This document shows positions 20,991 to 29,673 of a stretch of DNA of 64,000 nt, piece after piece. A model generated the notes under the pieces. The model ran no database searches and was not told where the DNA came from. It was given only the letters and a program-made list of their open reading frames with translations. Within the stretch, counting starts at the first letter, position 1. Each line of letters starts with the position of its first letter. Made by a program: the position numbers and the translations under genes. Source of the DNA: a virus (Duplodnaviria; Caudoviricetes); the IMG/VR virus record IMGVR_UViG_3300013936_000021, positions 1 to 64,000 of that record; one strand, written 5' to 3'.

Positions 20991-21117
20991 TCTCGTAAAA
21001 TTTTAGCAGGCAGTCGCTTTGGGAGTTGTTTCCCGCTCCGTTGGCACCAACACACAAAGCCATCGCCTTGTTCGATTTTATAAGCCAGCCCCTACGGCTG
21101 ATTCTTATTTGTCTCAT
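20968..21117 (-). CDS. TRD-like mini-gene C (49 aa)
   Basis: MRQIRISRRGWLIKSNKAMALCVGANGAGNNSQSDCLLKFYENE. Confidence 0.65.
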   Translation of the reverse strand: MRQIRISRRGWLIKSNKAMALCVGANGAGNNSQSDCLLKFYENEKTDTT

Positions 21118-21122
21118 ATACT

Positions 21123-21284
21123 CTAAATATATACCCAACGATGCGCAGTCTGCAAACATTGAGGCTTTGCAGAAACAAATGATATTGTACCAAATTCCGT
21201 CAGACTTCCTTTGTGTCCGTCATCCTGATATGGTCTTAGGCCGTCTGCTGTTATCTGCACCCCATATAGTCTACGCCTTTTCAT
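21123..21284 (-). CDS. TRD-like mini-gene B (53 aa)
   Basis: MKRRLYGVQITADGLRPYQDDGHKGSLTEFGTISFVSAKPQCLQTAH...; start overlaps YE of module A. Confidence 0.6.
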   Translation of the reverse strand: MKRRRLYGVQITADGLRPYQDDGHKGSLTEFGTISFVSAKPQCLQTAHRWVYI

Positions 21285-21420
21285 ATATTTCTATTATTCC
21301 CGTATGTTGTCTATGGCCTGCATAAAACCACCAACTTAAATATTTCACATTCAAGGCGGTGGATTTAGCAGTTGGTTCTGTTACGCCATTACCCATTTTA
21401 AACGCCCTTTGCTCCCTCAT
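21271..21420 (-). CDS. TRD-like mini-gene A (49 aa)
   Basis: MREQRAFKMGNGVTEPTAKSTALNVKYLSWWFYAGHRQHTGIIEIYEKA; start overlaps MTase 3' end. Confidence 0.6.
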   Translation of the reverse strand: MREQRAFKMGNGVTEPTAKSTALNVKYLSWWFYAGHRQHTGIIEIYEKA

Positions 21421-22648
21421 GATAAATTGACTTCAATCGTTCCATTTCGGACGAATAAGCGATTTCTGCAATTTCGGCCTTTTCTTTGCGCGTAAGGCCG
21501 TCAAACTCTTTTCGCTTGTCCATGTAAGCCACCATGTCGTTAACGCTCACCTGCGGCTCTAAAAGATAACCTACGAGCTTCTTTTTATCCGTCTTGTCAA
21601 TGAGCTGTTTGACCGTGTCATCTTTCAGGTAATACTTCTCGTCCGCTTCGTCCTGGAGAATGTCTTTGATAAACAAATTTCTGTCTTCTGGCTGAGGTAT
21701 ATCAGTCACAACATTAGGCCATGAAAACGGGTCGTCCTCGCCCGCTTCCGAGAATAACTTTTCTTGCTGAATGGTTTTTGTGCGAATATTCGTCCAATAT
21801 ATGCGCCTTCTGTTCTGTGCAGAAACCAAAGCGGAGTTTATGTGAACACCACGCACGCCAATAGCGTGGGAAAGGCATCTCTCCCATTTCTCTAACATCT
21901 TTACATTTTCGAGAAAGAAATAGATGTCCGGGTTGTACTTGCGCAAATCTTCAAGTATTCGCATATACTCCCAAAACAGGTAGCTTTGTCCTTCAAAAGC
22001 AAATCCTTGCGCTTTTAAATCGAGGTATCGTTTGAGCGTAAATACCTCCTCGCCACTCTTCGTGCTCATCCCTTTCATTTTCCCCGAAAATGAAAAACTC
22101 TGACATGGACTTCCTCCAATCACAATGTCTGGTACACCGTATCGTTTAACAAGATCGTCAACGTTCACATCTGTAACGCTTCCCAATTGAACAGTCTTCG
22201 GGAAATTGTGCATCGTGTTTGCGATGGCGTATTTGTCAATTTCGGAGGCTAAATATAAGTCTACCTTGAACCCGAGGCTTTTTAGGGCTATTTGTCCGCC
22301 CGACATTCCGTCAAACAACGACAATACCTTTATGCCTCCCTCTTTCAATCTCTTTGGCAAAAAGCCAAAAATATGCTTTATCGTCTCGATGTTCCATCCG
22401 TTGCCGAGACACTTGTATTGCTGTGTTTCAGAAGTCACAAACTCATAATCTGATGGAACCGTTTGTAGTCTGGAACACTCCGTTGGAGTTAAACGCCTAA
22501 TGGCCGCGAGGTAACTTACTCCCCCCCCCATATTGATTTCTACGCCCTGTTTGTTATCGGGCATTCTTGTCCTGAAACCACGGAGCTGCTCCGCCTTTGC
22601 GTCCGCATAGACTTTTCTTGCGAACTCATGCTTTTCTTTACTTGTCAT
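21398..22648 (-). CDS. C5 cytosine DNA methyltransferase, circularly permuted, no obvious internal TRD
   Basis: Motifs IX/X (RRLTPTECSRLQT; YKCLGNGW) precede I (SLFDGMSG), IV (GGSPCQSFS), VI (LENV), VIII (QNRRRIY); in-frame G9 at 22521-22529. Confidence 0.92.
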   Translation of the reverse strand: MTSKEKHEFARKVYADAKAEQLRGFRTRMPDNKQGVEINMGGGVSYLAAIRRLTPTECSRLQTVPSDYEFVTSETQQYKCLGNGWNIETIKHIFGFLPKRLKEGGIKVLSLFDGMSGGQIALKSLGFKVDLYLASEIDKYAIANTMHNFPKTVQLGSVTDVNVDDLVKRYGVPDIVIGGSPCQSFSFSGKMKGMSTKSGEEVFTLKRYLDLKAQGFAFEGQSYLFWEYMRILEDLRKYNPDIYFFLENVKMLEKWERCLSHAIGVRGVHINSALVSAQNRRRIYWTNIRTKTIQQEKLFSEAGEDDPFSWPNVVTDIPQPEDRNLFIKDILQDEADEKYYLKDDTVKQLIDKTDKKKLVGYLLEPQVSVNDMVAYMDKRKEFDGLTRKEKAEIAEIAYSSEMERLKSIYHEGAKGV

Positions 22649-22662
22649 AATCTCAACTATAA

Positions 22663-22859
22663 TTATATGCCGTATAATTCAAATTCTAAATTGTCGGGAA
22701 CGAAAGTCGTTATACATCCTGATTTAAGGTCTGGCCTCGGTTGGTACGATCTCATATTGCTTCTTTTGCAAATCTCATTTCTTACCCCCCCCCATCATAC
22801 AGTTTCCGGAGTTTTTTCCCGAGGTCATTCCTATACTTGTTAAGCGTTATCACTTTCAT
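22663..22859 (-). CDS. TRD-like mini-gene 0, frameshifted at G9 run (OFF)
   Basis: MKVITLNKYRNDLGKKLRKLYDGGG-stop; G10 (or G7) at 22785-22793 gives ...VRNEICKRSNMRSYQPRPDLKSGCITTFVPDNLEFELYGI. Confidence 0.7.
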
Positions 22860-23385
22860 GGCCTACCCATTTGCTTTTGGTTACATCTTTGCGAAGAACG
22901 GTTCCGCCATAGTTCTTGACAACAATATTATTCCCAGCCCCATACACAAGCAGTTCGACTTTTCCGTTATTCTCTATACGCACGCTACTGCCTCCACATA
23001 TATAAATGCGGCAAACTGCGTGTTCCGGTATCTCAATTTCTATATCATCACAATACCCGATAAGCAGGAGCGTGGATTCCGCGCTTAACACTCCATGCGC
23101 CCCAATATACATTTCGCTGGCGTAACCTTCCTCCTGGCGCCTGTAAAAACCATTCATGAACTCGCCAAACTCTTGCATAAGGTATTCCTTGGATAATCCC
23201 CAACCAAAAGCGATGGCATCGGCCATGAATTCTATGCCATTACTGTCAAGAGCCATGTCAACGAGCTGCTTCTTACTGGCGCACGCATCCCACTTTTCCC
23301 TATACTTTTCGCAGAGCCCCATTAATATAGACTTGCGTTTTAGGTCTACGAGGCTAACCTCTCCGCTTTTACCTTTATTCACCAT
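22840..23385 (-). CDS. Conserved Bacteroidota phage protein (GLC..Y..KW N-terminus, beta-repeat C-terminus)
   Basis: 181 aa ORF in operon. Confidence 0.6.
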   Translation of the reverse strand: MVNKGKSGEVSLVDLKRKSILMGLCEKYREKWDACASKKQLVDMALDSNGIEFMADAIAFGWGLSKEYLMQEFGEFMNGFYRRQEEGYASEMYIGAHGVLSAESTLLLIGYCDDIEIEIPEHAVCRIYICGGSSVRIENNGKVELLVYGAGNNIVVKNYGGTVLRKDVTKSKWVGHESDNA

Positions 23386-23719
23386 ACCATTCTTTTAATT
23401 TTCCATCTATGATGTCACCGATAGTTTTGTACGTATGATCAAACTTTGATAAATTATGGCATTTTCTTACACACCTCATCACGGACTCCCTGTTGCATCC
23501 GCCTCTTTGCGCAATGATAGAGTAAGGAAAGCCGTATCTGTTATGAAGGACATCGAAGACAAAATTCCTCGCAACGGCCTTTGCGAAAGGAATATTTTTC
23601 TTTCCACAATAGATATTCTCAATCGTCACGGCGGAGTTTCCCGTGGCGTGCAGATGCGAATTAACGCACGAGCACACCATTTCTTCAACCTTCAACATCA
23701 CTTCATTGCTTCTGATCAT
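23375..23719 (-). CDS. HTH protein resembling DnaA C-terminal domain
   Basis: AVARNFVFDVLHNRYGFPYSIIAQRGGCNRESVMRCVRK. Confidence 0.55.
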   Translation of the reverse strand: MIRSNEVMLKVEEMVCSCVNSHLHATGNSAVTIENIYCGKKNIPFAKAVARNFVFDVLHNRYGFPYSIIAQRGGCNRESVMRCVRKCHNLSKFDHTYKTIGDIIDGKLKEWYGE

Positions 23720-23735
23720 GCCAACGCTATTTCTA

Positions 23736-24089
23736 TTACATCTTGTCTTTGTCTCTAACTATATATCCAATGGGGTCGCAAGGGTATTTATCGTCAGGAG
23801 AAAGAACCCCTTCGTCAATCATCTTTCTCTTAAAGGCCTCGCTGACGAATGGCCTCAATCTCAAAAGCCGGCCATTGCCGTAAGAGCAAAAGCTCGGTTT
23901 CAGATATTGCGTAGGACATCTGTCTCCAGGACCGCTCCATCGTATTCCGTTTTGCACAAATGGGATAAAGATGCCGTCTCGTTTGTTTCCTTGCGCATCG
24001 GCCATCCTAACTATTCGATAGTCCCTAAATAAGCCGAACTTTAGTAAGGCGTACCACGTCTTACTGTTTGTAACATCGAAATCCGTCAT
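23736..24089 (-). CDS. Hypothetical protein
   Basis: ORF in operon. Confidence 0.5.
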   Translation of the reverse strand: MTDFDVTNSKTWYALLKFGLFRDYRIVRMADAQGNKRDGIFIPFVQNGIRWSGPGDRCPTQYLKPSFCSYGNGRLLRLRPFVSEAFKRKMIDEGVLSPDDKYPCDPIGYIVRDKDKM

Positions 24090-24101
24090 GCTTCGCTTGG
24101 G

Positions 24102-24653
24102 TTACTCCGACAATTGGCCTGCGATTATTGCGCGTTGCCCGTCTTCAAAATTCTTTCTCAAATCCTCTTCCGTCTCCTCTTTAACTTCGGAGTTCATCGC
24201 AGCTTCCAGCTTCTCACTCTGCCCACGCAAGAAATCAAGCCGTTCACTGGCGAACTTGGCAGCTTCGTCAGCATCTACAAAAGCGGAAACGGGATGAAGC
24301 ATATTGGCTTCTGTGATAACAACGGAGAAATCAAGCATATCCTTATTCGTCCTGTCAGTCCCGGGGAAAAGCTCTTCCTCTTTGCCTTTGATACTATTCT
24401 TCATTTCAACCAAGTTAAAAAGCCAGCTGTAAAGCGCAGCGTCAAAGCTGTCTCCTTTTATCCCCATCACCCATCGCTTGCAACGCACCTCGTACCCAAT
24501 ATGAGTGTGATAGATAGCGCCGTCCTTCAGGAGCACGATAAAGAACGAACCGAAATCTGTAACGCTCACTACCTTTTTCTCATCAATACCCTCAATAACA
24601 CGCAGAAGACCTGCATTATTGTTTACTGTCTTTTTCTTTGCAATTCTTGCCAT
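24102..24653 (-). CDS. Hypothetical protein
   Basis: 183 aa ORF in operon. Confidence 0.6.
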   Translation of the reverse strand: MARIAKKKTVNNNAGLLRVIEGIDEKKVVSVTDFGSFFIVLLKDGAIYHTHIGYEVRCKRWVMGIKGDSFDAALYSWLFNLVEMKNSIKGKEEELFPGTDRTNKDMLDFSVVITEANMLHPVSAFVDADEAAKFASERLDFLRGQSEKLEAAMNSEVKEETEEDLRKNFEDGQRAIIAGQLSE

Positions 24654-24804
24654 AACTATACAATTTTATTATTTTTTATTATTTCGTGTAATGAAGTTGT
24701 CGCAGATTTCGTCGTCTGCCTTAACCTCTGTGTAAAGGTCTTGCTCCAGACAGTAGGGGAAGCCGTCGTACTCGAACATCACGCAATCCTTACAATGGAA
24801 TTTC

Positions 24805-25386
24805 TTAGTCTTTGCCATTCTCCAACAGTTTAATCTCGTCCTCGATATAAAAGATGGCTTTACGTAAGTCCTCTACACATTTTTCTGTCTTTGTCTTGTC
24901 GCCGTCAACCTTATCCTTGCGCAAGAGATATTTAAGGCTATTCCCAATATTGAAATCAAGATGTCTGCAAATATCTAATGGCTCTACACCACACAAGTCC
25001 TTTAACCAGGTGTAATGGGAAGGATGGTTGACTTGCTCGTTGTTTTCTATCTTATAGCTGGATTTTTCGCTTAAAGCCATCTCATAAAGACTTGCATCAA
25101 ATTCTAATTTCTCTTCTTGCGAATAGCCACCCCATAAGTCTTCGGCGGGTAATGTTTCGCCATACTCGGAAATACGAGAAATGCCAAGCCGATATTCATT
25201 GTCGTTATTGCCTATTCTCTTGCAAATGCAGACACGTTCACCTGTTCTTATTTCCACAAGCACGTAATCAACAAAATCTTCTATTGCAATATCCTTGTTT
25301 TCGATTCGGTCTGCCACTATAGTGCTTTTATCTGCACGATAAAGTCTAAACATCAGCCCGACCTTAATATCTTTTTCGTCTATCAT
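24805..25386 (-). CDS. DUF3310-like protein
   Basis: VNHPSHY...FNIGNSLKYLLR...EDLRKAIFY. Confidence 0.8.
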   Translation of the reverse strand: MIDEKDIKVGLMFRLYRADKSTIVADRIENKDIAIEDFVDYVLVEIRTGERVCICKRIGNNDNEYRLGISRISEYGETLPAEDLWGGYSQEEKLEFDASLYEMALSEKSSYKIENNEQVNHPSHYTWLKDLCGVEPLDICRHLDFNIGNSLKYLLRKDKVDGDKTKTEKCVEDLRKAIFYIEDEIKLLENGKD

Positions 25387-25389
25387 AAG

Positions 25390-25788
25390 CTATTCCTCCT
25401 TGTCTTTGTCTTTAACTTCGATGAAATCTCCATCACCAAGGCGCGCCCTGTTCACGCACCCCGCTATCCAGCCGAGAAGATACGCGCTCGCCTCGCCCCC
25501 GTGCTCCATTCCTATGGCGTTCTCCATGTCGTCACAGGCGTGCGATGATTCGTGGGCGCAGACGCTCATCCGCATGTCCTTGGCGGACTGAAACGACATG
25601 AGGACACCGATGCTGTTGTCGGACTTCCTCACCACCTCGTCGTAGGTTACGCCGTAGTACTCCTTCTCGGTCTGCTCGACACCCTCAAACTCCGAAGATG
25701 CGACATCGCGCAGGTCGTAGCCGATGTGAACCCACAACTTCCTTGGGTATATGACAGGATCATACTCGTAATATCCTCGTTTCTTCAT
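25390..25788 (-). CDS. HExxH-containing hypothetical protein
   Basis: CAHESSH followed by EASAYL. Confidence 0.55.
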   Translation of the reverse strand: MKKRGYYEYDPVIYPRKLWVHIGYDLRDVASSEFEGVEQTEKEYYGVTYDEVVRKSDNSIGVLMSFQSAKDMRMSVCAHESSHACDDMENAIGMEHGGEASAYLLGWIAGCVNRARLGDGDFIEVKDKDKEE

Positions 25789-25796
25789 ATTCTCAA

Positions 25797-26027
25797 CTAT
25801 TTTTGTTTGTGCAAATGTCCGCAGTGGTACTTGCTGCACAACGGGCAGAAATAAGGCCTGTAGCCCAACGCCTTCAACCTCGGGTTCTGCTGCAAGAACT
25901 CCCAGGCATCATCCTCCGTCTCGTATGCCACCTTCGACTTCCAGCCGTTTGAACTCTTGCGGACCCAGTGACGGGGATCCGGCTTGAAGGGAGGGCGCTT
26001 GTTATGGTAGCTATGTCTTTTGTTCAT
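25797..26027 (-). CDS. Small zinc-finger protein
   Basis: YFCPLCSKYHCGH. Confidence 0.6.
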   Translation of the reverse strand: MNKRHSYHNKRPPFKPDPRHWVRKSSNGWKSKVAYETEDDAWEFLQQNPRLKALGYRPYFCPLCSKYHCGHLHKQK

Positions 26028-26035
26028 TACTAAAC

Positions 26036-27067
26036 TTACGCGTTCTTCGCATTCTTTGTGCGCGCCGCACGAGTAGACTTCTTGGCAGGCTTGCGTTTCT
26101 TTGCCGTAGCGGCCTTCGTGGGCTTCTTTGGCCTGCCTGGCTTGCGCTTCTGCTCTGGCTTCTCGCTCGTGTCCGGAAGTTGGATGGTTTCTATTTCTTC
26201 CTGTTCACCGTCCTCGTTCTCGCAAGCGAACCCTTCCCGAATATCCCTGTCGCCGTCGTGGGCACGCTTCCATTTGCGCTTGGCTATCAATATCTGCTCC
26301 TTGCGGTACTCTTCTGAGGCCTTCCGGAGCTCGTCAAGGTCTATTTCGGGCACGTCAAACTCCCCGGCAACGCTTGCTTGCGGTTCTTTGTGCGCCTGCT
26401 CGTCGGAGGCCTCCATTTCGGAGCGGATCTTGTCTTCTTCTGACAAATATCGAGCATTATCAGCGCCTCTATCATCGCTCCTATGCTCAAACTCGTTCTT
26501 GAAAGCGGCAATCTCTGCTTTTGACGCTCCGTCACGTTTCATGGCCTCCAACTCGATGTTAAAACGGGCGACCTCAACGTCTTTGTAGTTTGTCCCGTCC
26601 AAGTCACTCCCCTCGTTGCGAAGGTTCTGCATCCTTGCAGCCTCGCTTGCGGAAAGCTGCTCATTGATGGCGTTTTTCAGCAACAACTTGTCAAGGTCTT
26701 TCTCGTCTACGCCATCAACATCAATACCTTGCGGATTGTCCCCAAGCAAGTCTTTGTAAAAAGCTCTTTTGGCCTCCAAACCGCCTTTTGGCATGAACTG
26801 CTCCGCATCAAGATACATGTATGGGTGAATGCTTTTTATCCCTGTGATCTGGCTCGGAGTTCCGAAGTCCTGAACGAGCTTCATGTAGCCGTCTTCGTTC
26901 TGCTGGTACAGGCAATAACACTCTTCGAGGTTCCGCTTCTGGACAAGCACTATGGCCTTTATCCAAAACGCATCTTTGCCGTGTTGATAGCGGCCGGGGA
27001 GGCCGAGCTGCTGTAAGCAGGCCGCCTTCAATGCCCTGTCAAGCGAAATGTCTTTCATGCTTCTCAT
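26036..27067 (-). CDS. Hypothetical protein with basic AT-hook-like tail
   Basis: C-terminal KRKPGRPKK and Lys/Ala-rich tail. Confidence 0.6.
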   Translation of the reverse strand: MRSMKDISLDRALKAACLQQLGLPGRYQHGKDAFWIKAIVLVQKRNLEECYCLYQQNEDGYMKLVQDFGTPSQITGIKSIHPYMYLDAEQFMPKGGLEAKRAFYKDLLGDNPQGIDVDGVDEKDLDKLLLKNAINEQLSASEAARMQNLRNEGSDLDGTNYKDVEVARFNIELEAMKRDGASKAEIAAFKNEFEHRSDDRGADNARYLSEEDKIRSEMEASDEQAHKEPQASVAGEFDVPEIDLDELRKASEEYRKEQILIAKRKWKRAHDGDRDIREGFACENEDGEQEEIETIQLPDTSEKPEQKRKPGRPKKPTKAATAKKRKPAKKSTRAARTKNAKNA

Positions 27068-27095
27068 ATCGTTTTCCCTATCTTTCCGTTTTAGG

Positions 27096-27698
27096 CTATA
27101 TCCAACATACTGTTGTGTCTCCTTTGTAGCCCTTCTGCCATACGAACCACGCATAAGACACAGCCGAGCTCTTTAAGTCACCAAACTCCCCGTTTATAGC
27201 GCATAGCACGCGCTTTGTGAACTGATATATACACTTGGGGGGGGTAGACTTGAAAATCTTATCATACCTGCTTTGCCCTTCAAGAAACGTCGTCTTCAAG
27301 AACATGGCGCAATACTGGCCTTCATGGAGTAGCTCCAAGGCATGGAGGACAAACTCTGTCGCATACTTGTATGGAGGGTTGGTGATGATGCAGCAATCTC
27401 CCTTGTATGGCATTTTGTCCGCAGCGAGAAAGTCCTGTACGTAGCCATACCCGCGGTCGATAATGTCGGACGACGTGACTTCGAAGCCGAGATCCTTCAG
27501 CCTTTCTGACAGGTGCCCCTTTCCGCAAGCGCACTCCCAAACGTGGTCCGGAAAGAAATCGCAAGCGGCCATGAGCTTGTTGATGGCCATTGGGTCGGTG
27601 GCGTAGAAGTCGTTCTTCTCACGCTCTTTGCCCGAATGGCTCGACGCGCCAAGGCAGGCAAACGTTGACTTCTTGTTTCCGTCCCAATCCTTAGGCAT
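27096..27698 (-). CDS. Amino (N6A/N4C) DNA methyltransferase
   Basis: DFYATD, WECACGKG SAM-binding, IITNPPY catalytic motif, YAWFVW. Confidence 0.85.
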   Translation of the reverse strand: MPKDWDGNKKSTFACLGASSHSGKEREKNDFYATDPMAINKLMAACDFFPDHVWECACGKGHLSERLKDLGFEVTSSDIIDRGYGYVQDFLAADKMPYKGDCCIITNPPYKYATEFVLHALELLHEGQYCAMFLKTTFLEGQSRYDKIFKSTPPKCIYQFTKRVLCAINGEFGDLKSSAVSYAWFVWQKGYKGDTTVCWI

Positions 27699-28257
27699 TC
27701 GCCAACTCCTTTCCGCCGGCAGCCAGCCAGCTCTCAATCTTGTTAGACGACGACGGATAAGTCTCTCCGAACACGTTCTGAAGTTTCACCTGACACTCCA
27801 GGTATGGAATATCCTTGATGTTGTCTGTACTCGGGCTTATTTCGTCCTGCAACATGAATAACGCCTTGCGCTGCCTGTAATCGTCCTGCCACAGGATAAG
27901 GCCGCCACGGAGGAACTCAACCAGGGCATGCCAATTGTCTTCGGCGGTCTTGATCTGCTCGGTGACGCTCAACGCGGTAGGGCTGCCGGGCGCAAACCCG
28001 AACGACAATACCGTCAGCGTTGACGTGATGGCTTCTTGTGTCGGGGTAGGAGACACAAACACGCGAAGGCTGTCCGCCTCAGCGTAACTCTCCGTGTACA
28101 CGCCCTTCTGCTTGCCAAAGGCGTTGATGCCTGTCATGGACTTGTAACGGCAAAAGCCGAAGTCGTCCTCCAAACTCTTCGTGTCACCATCCTTGGACCA
28201 AACTCCAGAAGTCTCGTCCTTGAGGTATTTCGTCAAATGAAACTTTAGCTCTGCCAT
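27691..28257 (-). CDS. Hypothetical protein, possibly distal tail-like structural protein
   Basis: Beta-rich 188 aa; function is inference only. Confidence 0.4.
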   Translation of the reverse strand: MAELKFHLTKYLKDETSGVWSKDGDTKSLEDDFGFCRYKSMTGINAFGKQKGVYTESYAEADSLRVFVSPTPTQEAITSTLTVLSFGFAPGSPTALSVTEQIKTAEDNWHALVEFLRGGLILWQDDYRQRKALFMLQDEISPSTDNIKDIPYLECQVKLQNVFGETYPSSSNKIESWLAAGGKELANA

Positions 28258-29663
28258 ATATGCGTGTTTTTCGGTTATCAACGGCAAATATAGCCTTTAC
28301 TCCCGACATACGCAAACAGGCTTTTCCCGCCAAATCCCCAGTTTTACCCCAAATAACAACAAATCGAAACAAATACCAACGCAAAAAATGGCTAAACTCC
28401 CAAAAATCAGTTTAAGTATTTTTAACGCTTTATATAATAACACGCGCTATAATTCTGTACCTACACGCGCACCCGTAGTAGGGGCTCAACCCCCAGTATA
28501 GTTATACTATACTTGCCCCCTAAGAGGTAGGGGCTAACGCGGAATAACCGACGCGCAAACCCACAAGGCGGATAATCGGCCGCAAGTCCGCAAGAGGGGC
28601 ATAGCGGAGGATAATTCGGCGCATAAAAGCCGTGATTGTAAACCGAACATGGCAAAACGGACGTTTTAAGGACGGAAACGCCTACTTTTACGCAAAAACG
28701 AAAAAACAAGCAAAATACGCGATTTCAGGCCACAAAAAGACACGCGGAATAAAACTCTACACCCGAACGTCTGGAAAGTGCTCACAGGCCGCAAAAAGCC
28801 CTCAAAAACGAAACAGAAGGCAAGCACCACAAAAGCCGCTACGACAAAACGTAGATAACCAAAGGAGGATAACCCTTCAAAAAGAGCAAAAAGCAAGAGA
28901 TAACCCAAATCAAAAAAAACGACAAAAAATAAAAAAATAAAAAATAAAAAATTTTCGGGAAAGAGCGGGGCGGGGTCGGAGTCGGTGCTCCCCCGGGGGG
29001 TGGGGTCTAAAACCGCTAAAACGTTGGTGTATAGGCCGTTATATGCGGCAAAAACGGCCGTATATACGCAAAAACGGCCTATTTAGGGGCCATTCGAGCG
29101 CCGCCACGGCCCGCATCCAGGCGGAGGAGTAAACAAGTAAAGGAAACGGACAAAAACTCAATAGTATCAAAAGTATACCATTAGAACCCCCTGGCTCCGC
29201 CTTGCTCCTGCCCATTACCCGTGTACCACTCGGATAGTACACCGACACACGAGCAGCGCTGTGGCCCGGTCGTGGTCCGAGTGTAGGCGGGCGTAATTTC
29301 GGCCGCCATGACCCCGTCACTCACGCCTGGTGGGCAACAACACGCCACGGCCCGCGAAAGGCCCGCCACGGCCACGAAATAGGCCAAAAAGGAACACGGC
29401 GCGAGTGTGCGCATATACGCACGCATATACGCGCGCGTGCGTATACGTGCAACGTGCATGCATGGGCACCGCGGGCCATGAGGGCGCGAGTCTGGCGGGG
29501 CAGGCCGCGGAACAGGCATCTAGGTGCCTTAACCCCCTCAAATTGCAAAGTCCACATTACAAAACAATAGGGGCAAAAGTACACTCAATCGGGGAAAGGC
29601 CAAAAAACCACGATTTTTGCCAAAAAAAACCTCAAAATGTTTTGGCGGGCCGGAAAATCGCCG

Positions 29664-29673
29664 TACCTTTGCA
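29664..29673 (+). promoter_or_regulatory. Bacteroidota sigma-A promoter -7 box
   Basis: TACCTTTGCA with TTTG about 20 nt upstream. Confidence 0.65.

Noticed and set aside
20340-21420. Simple pseudogenised MTase tail
   Set aside because: Regular ATG-in-YE junctions, conserved module ends and breaks located at G runs argue against random decay, though not excluded without homologs
20340-22859. Stop-codon reassignment explaining the fragmented TRD region
   Set aside because: Breaks are frame changes, not in-frame stops, and long genes elsewhere read normally with TAG/TGA ends
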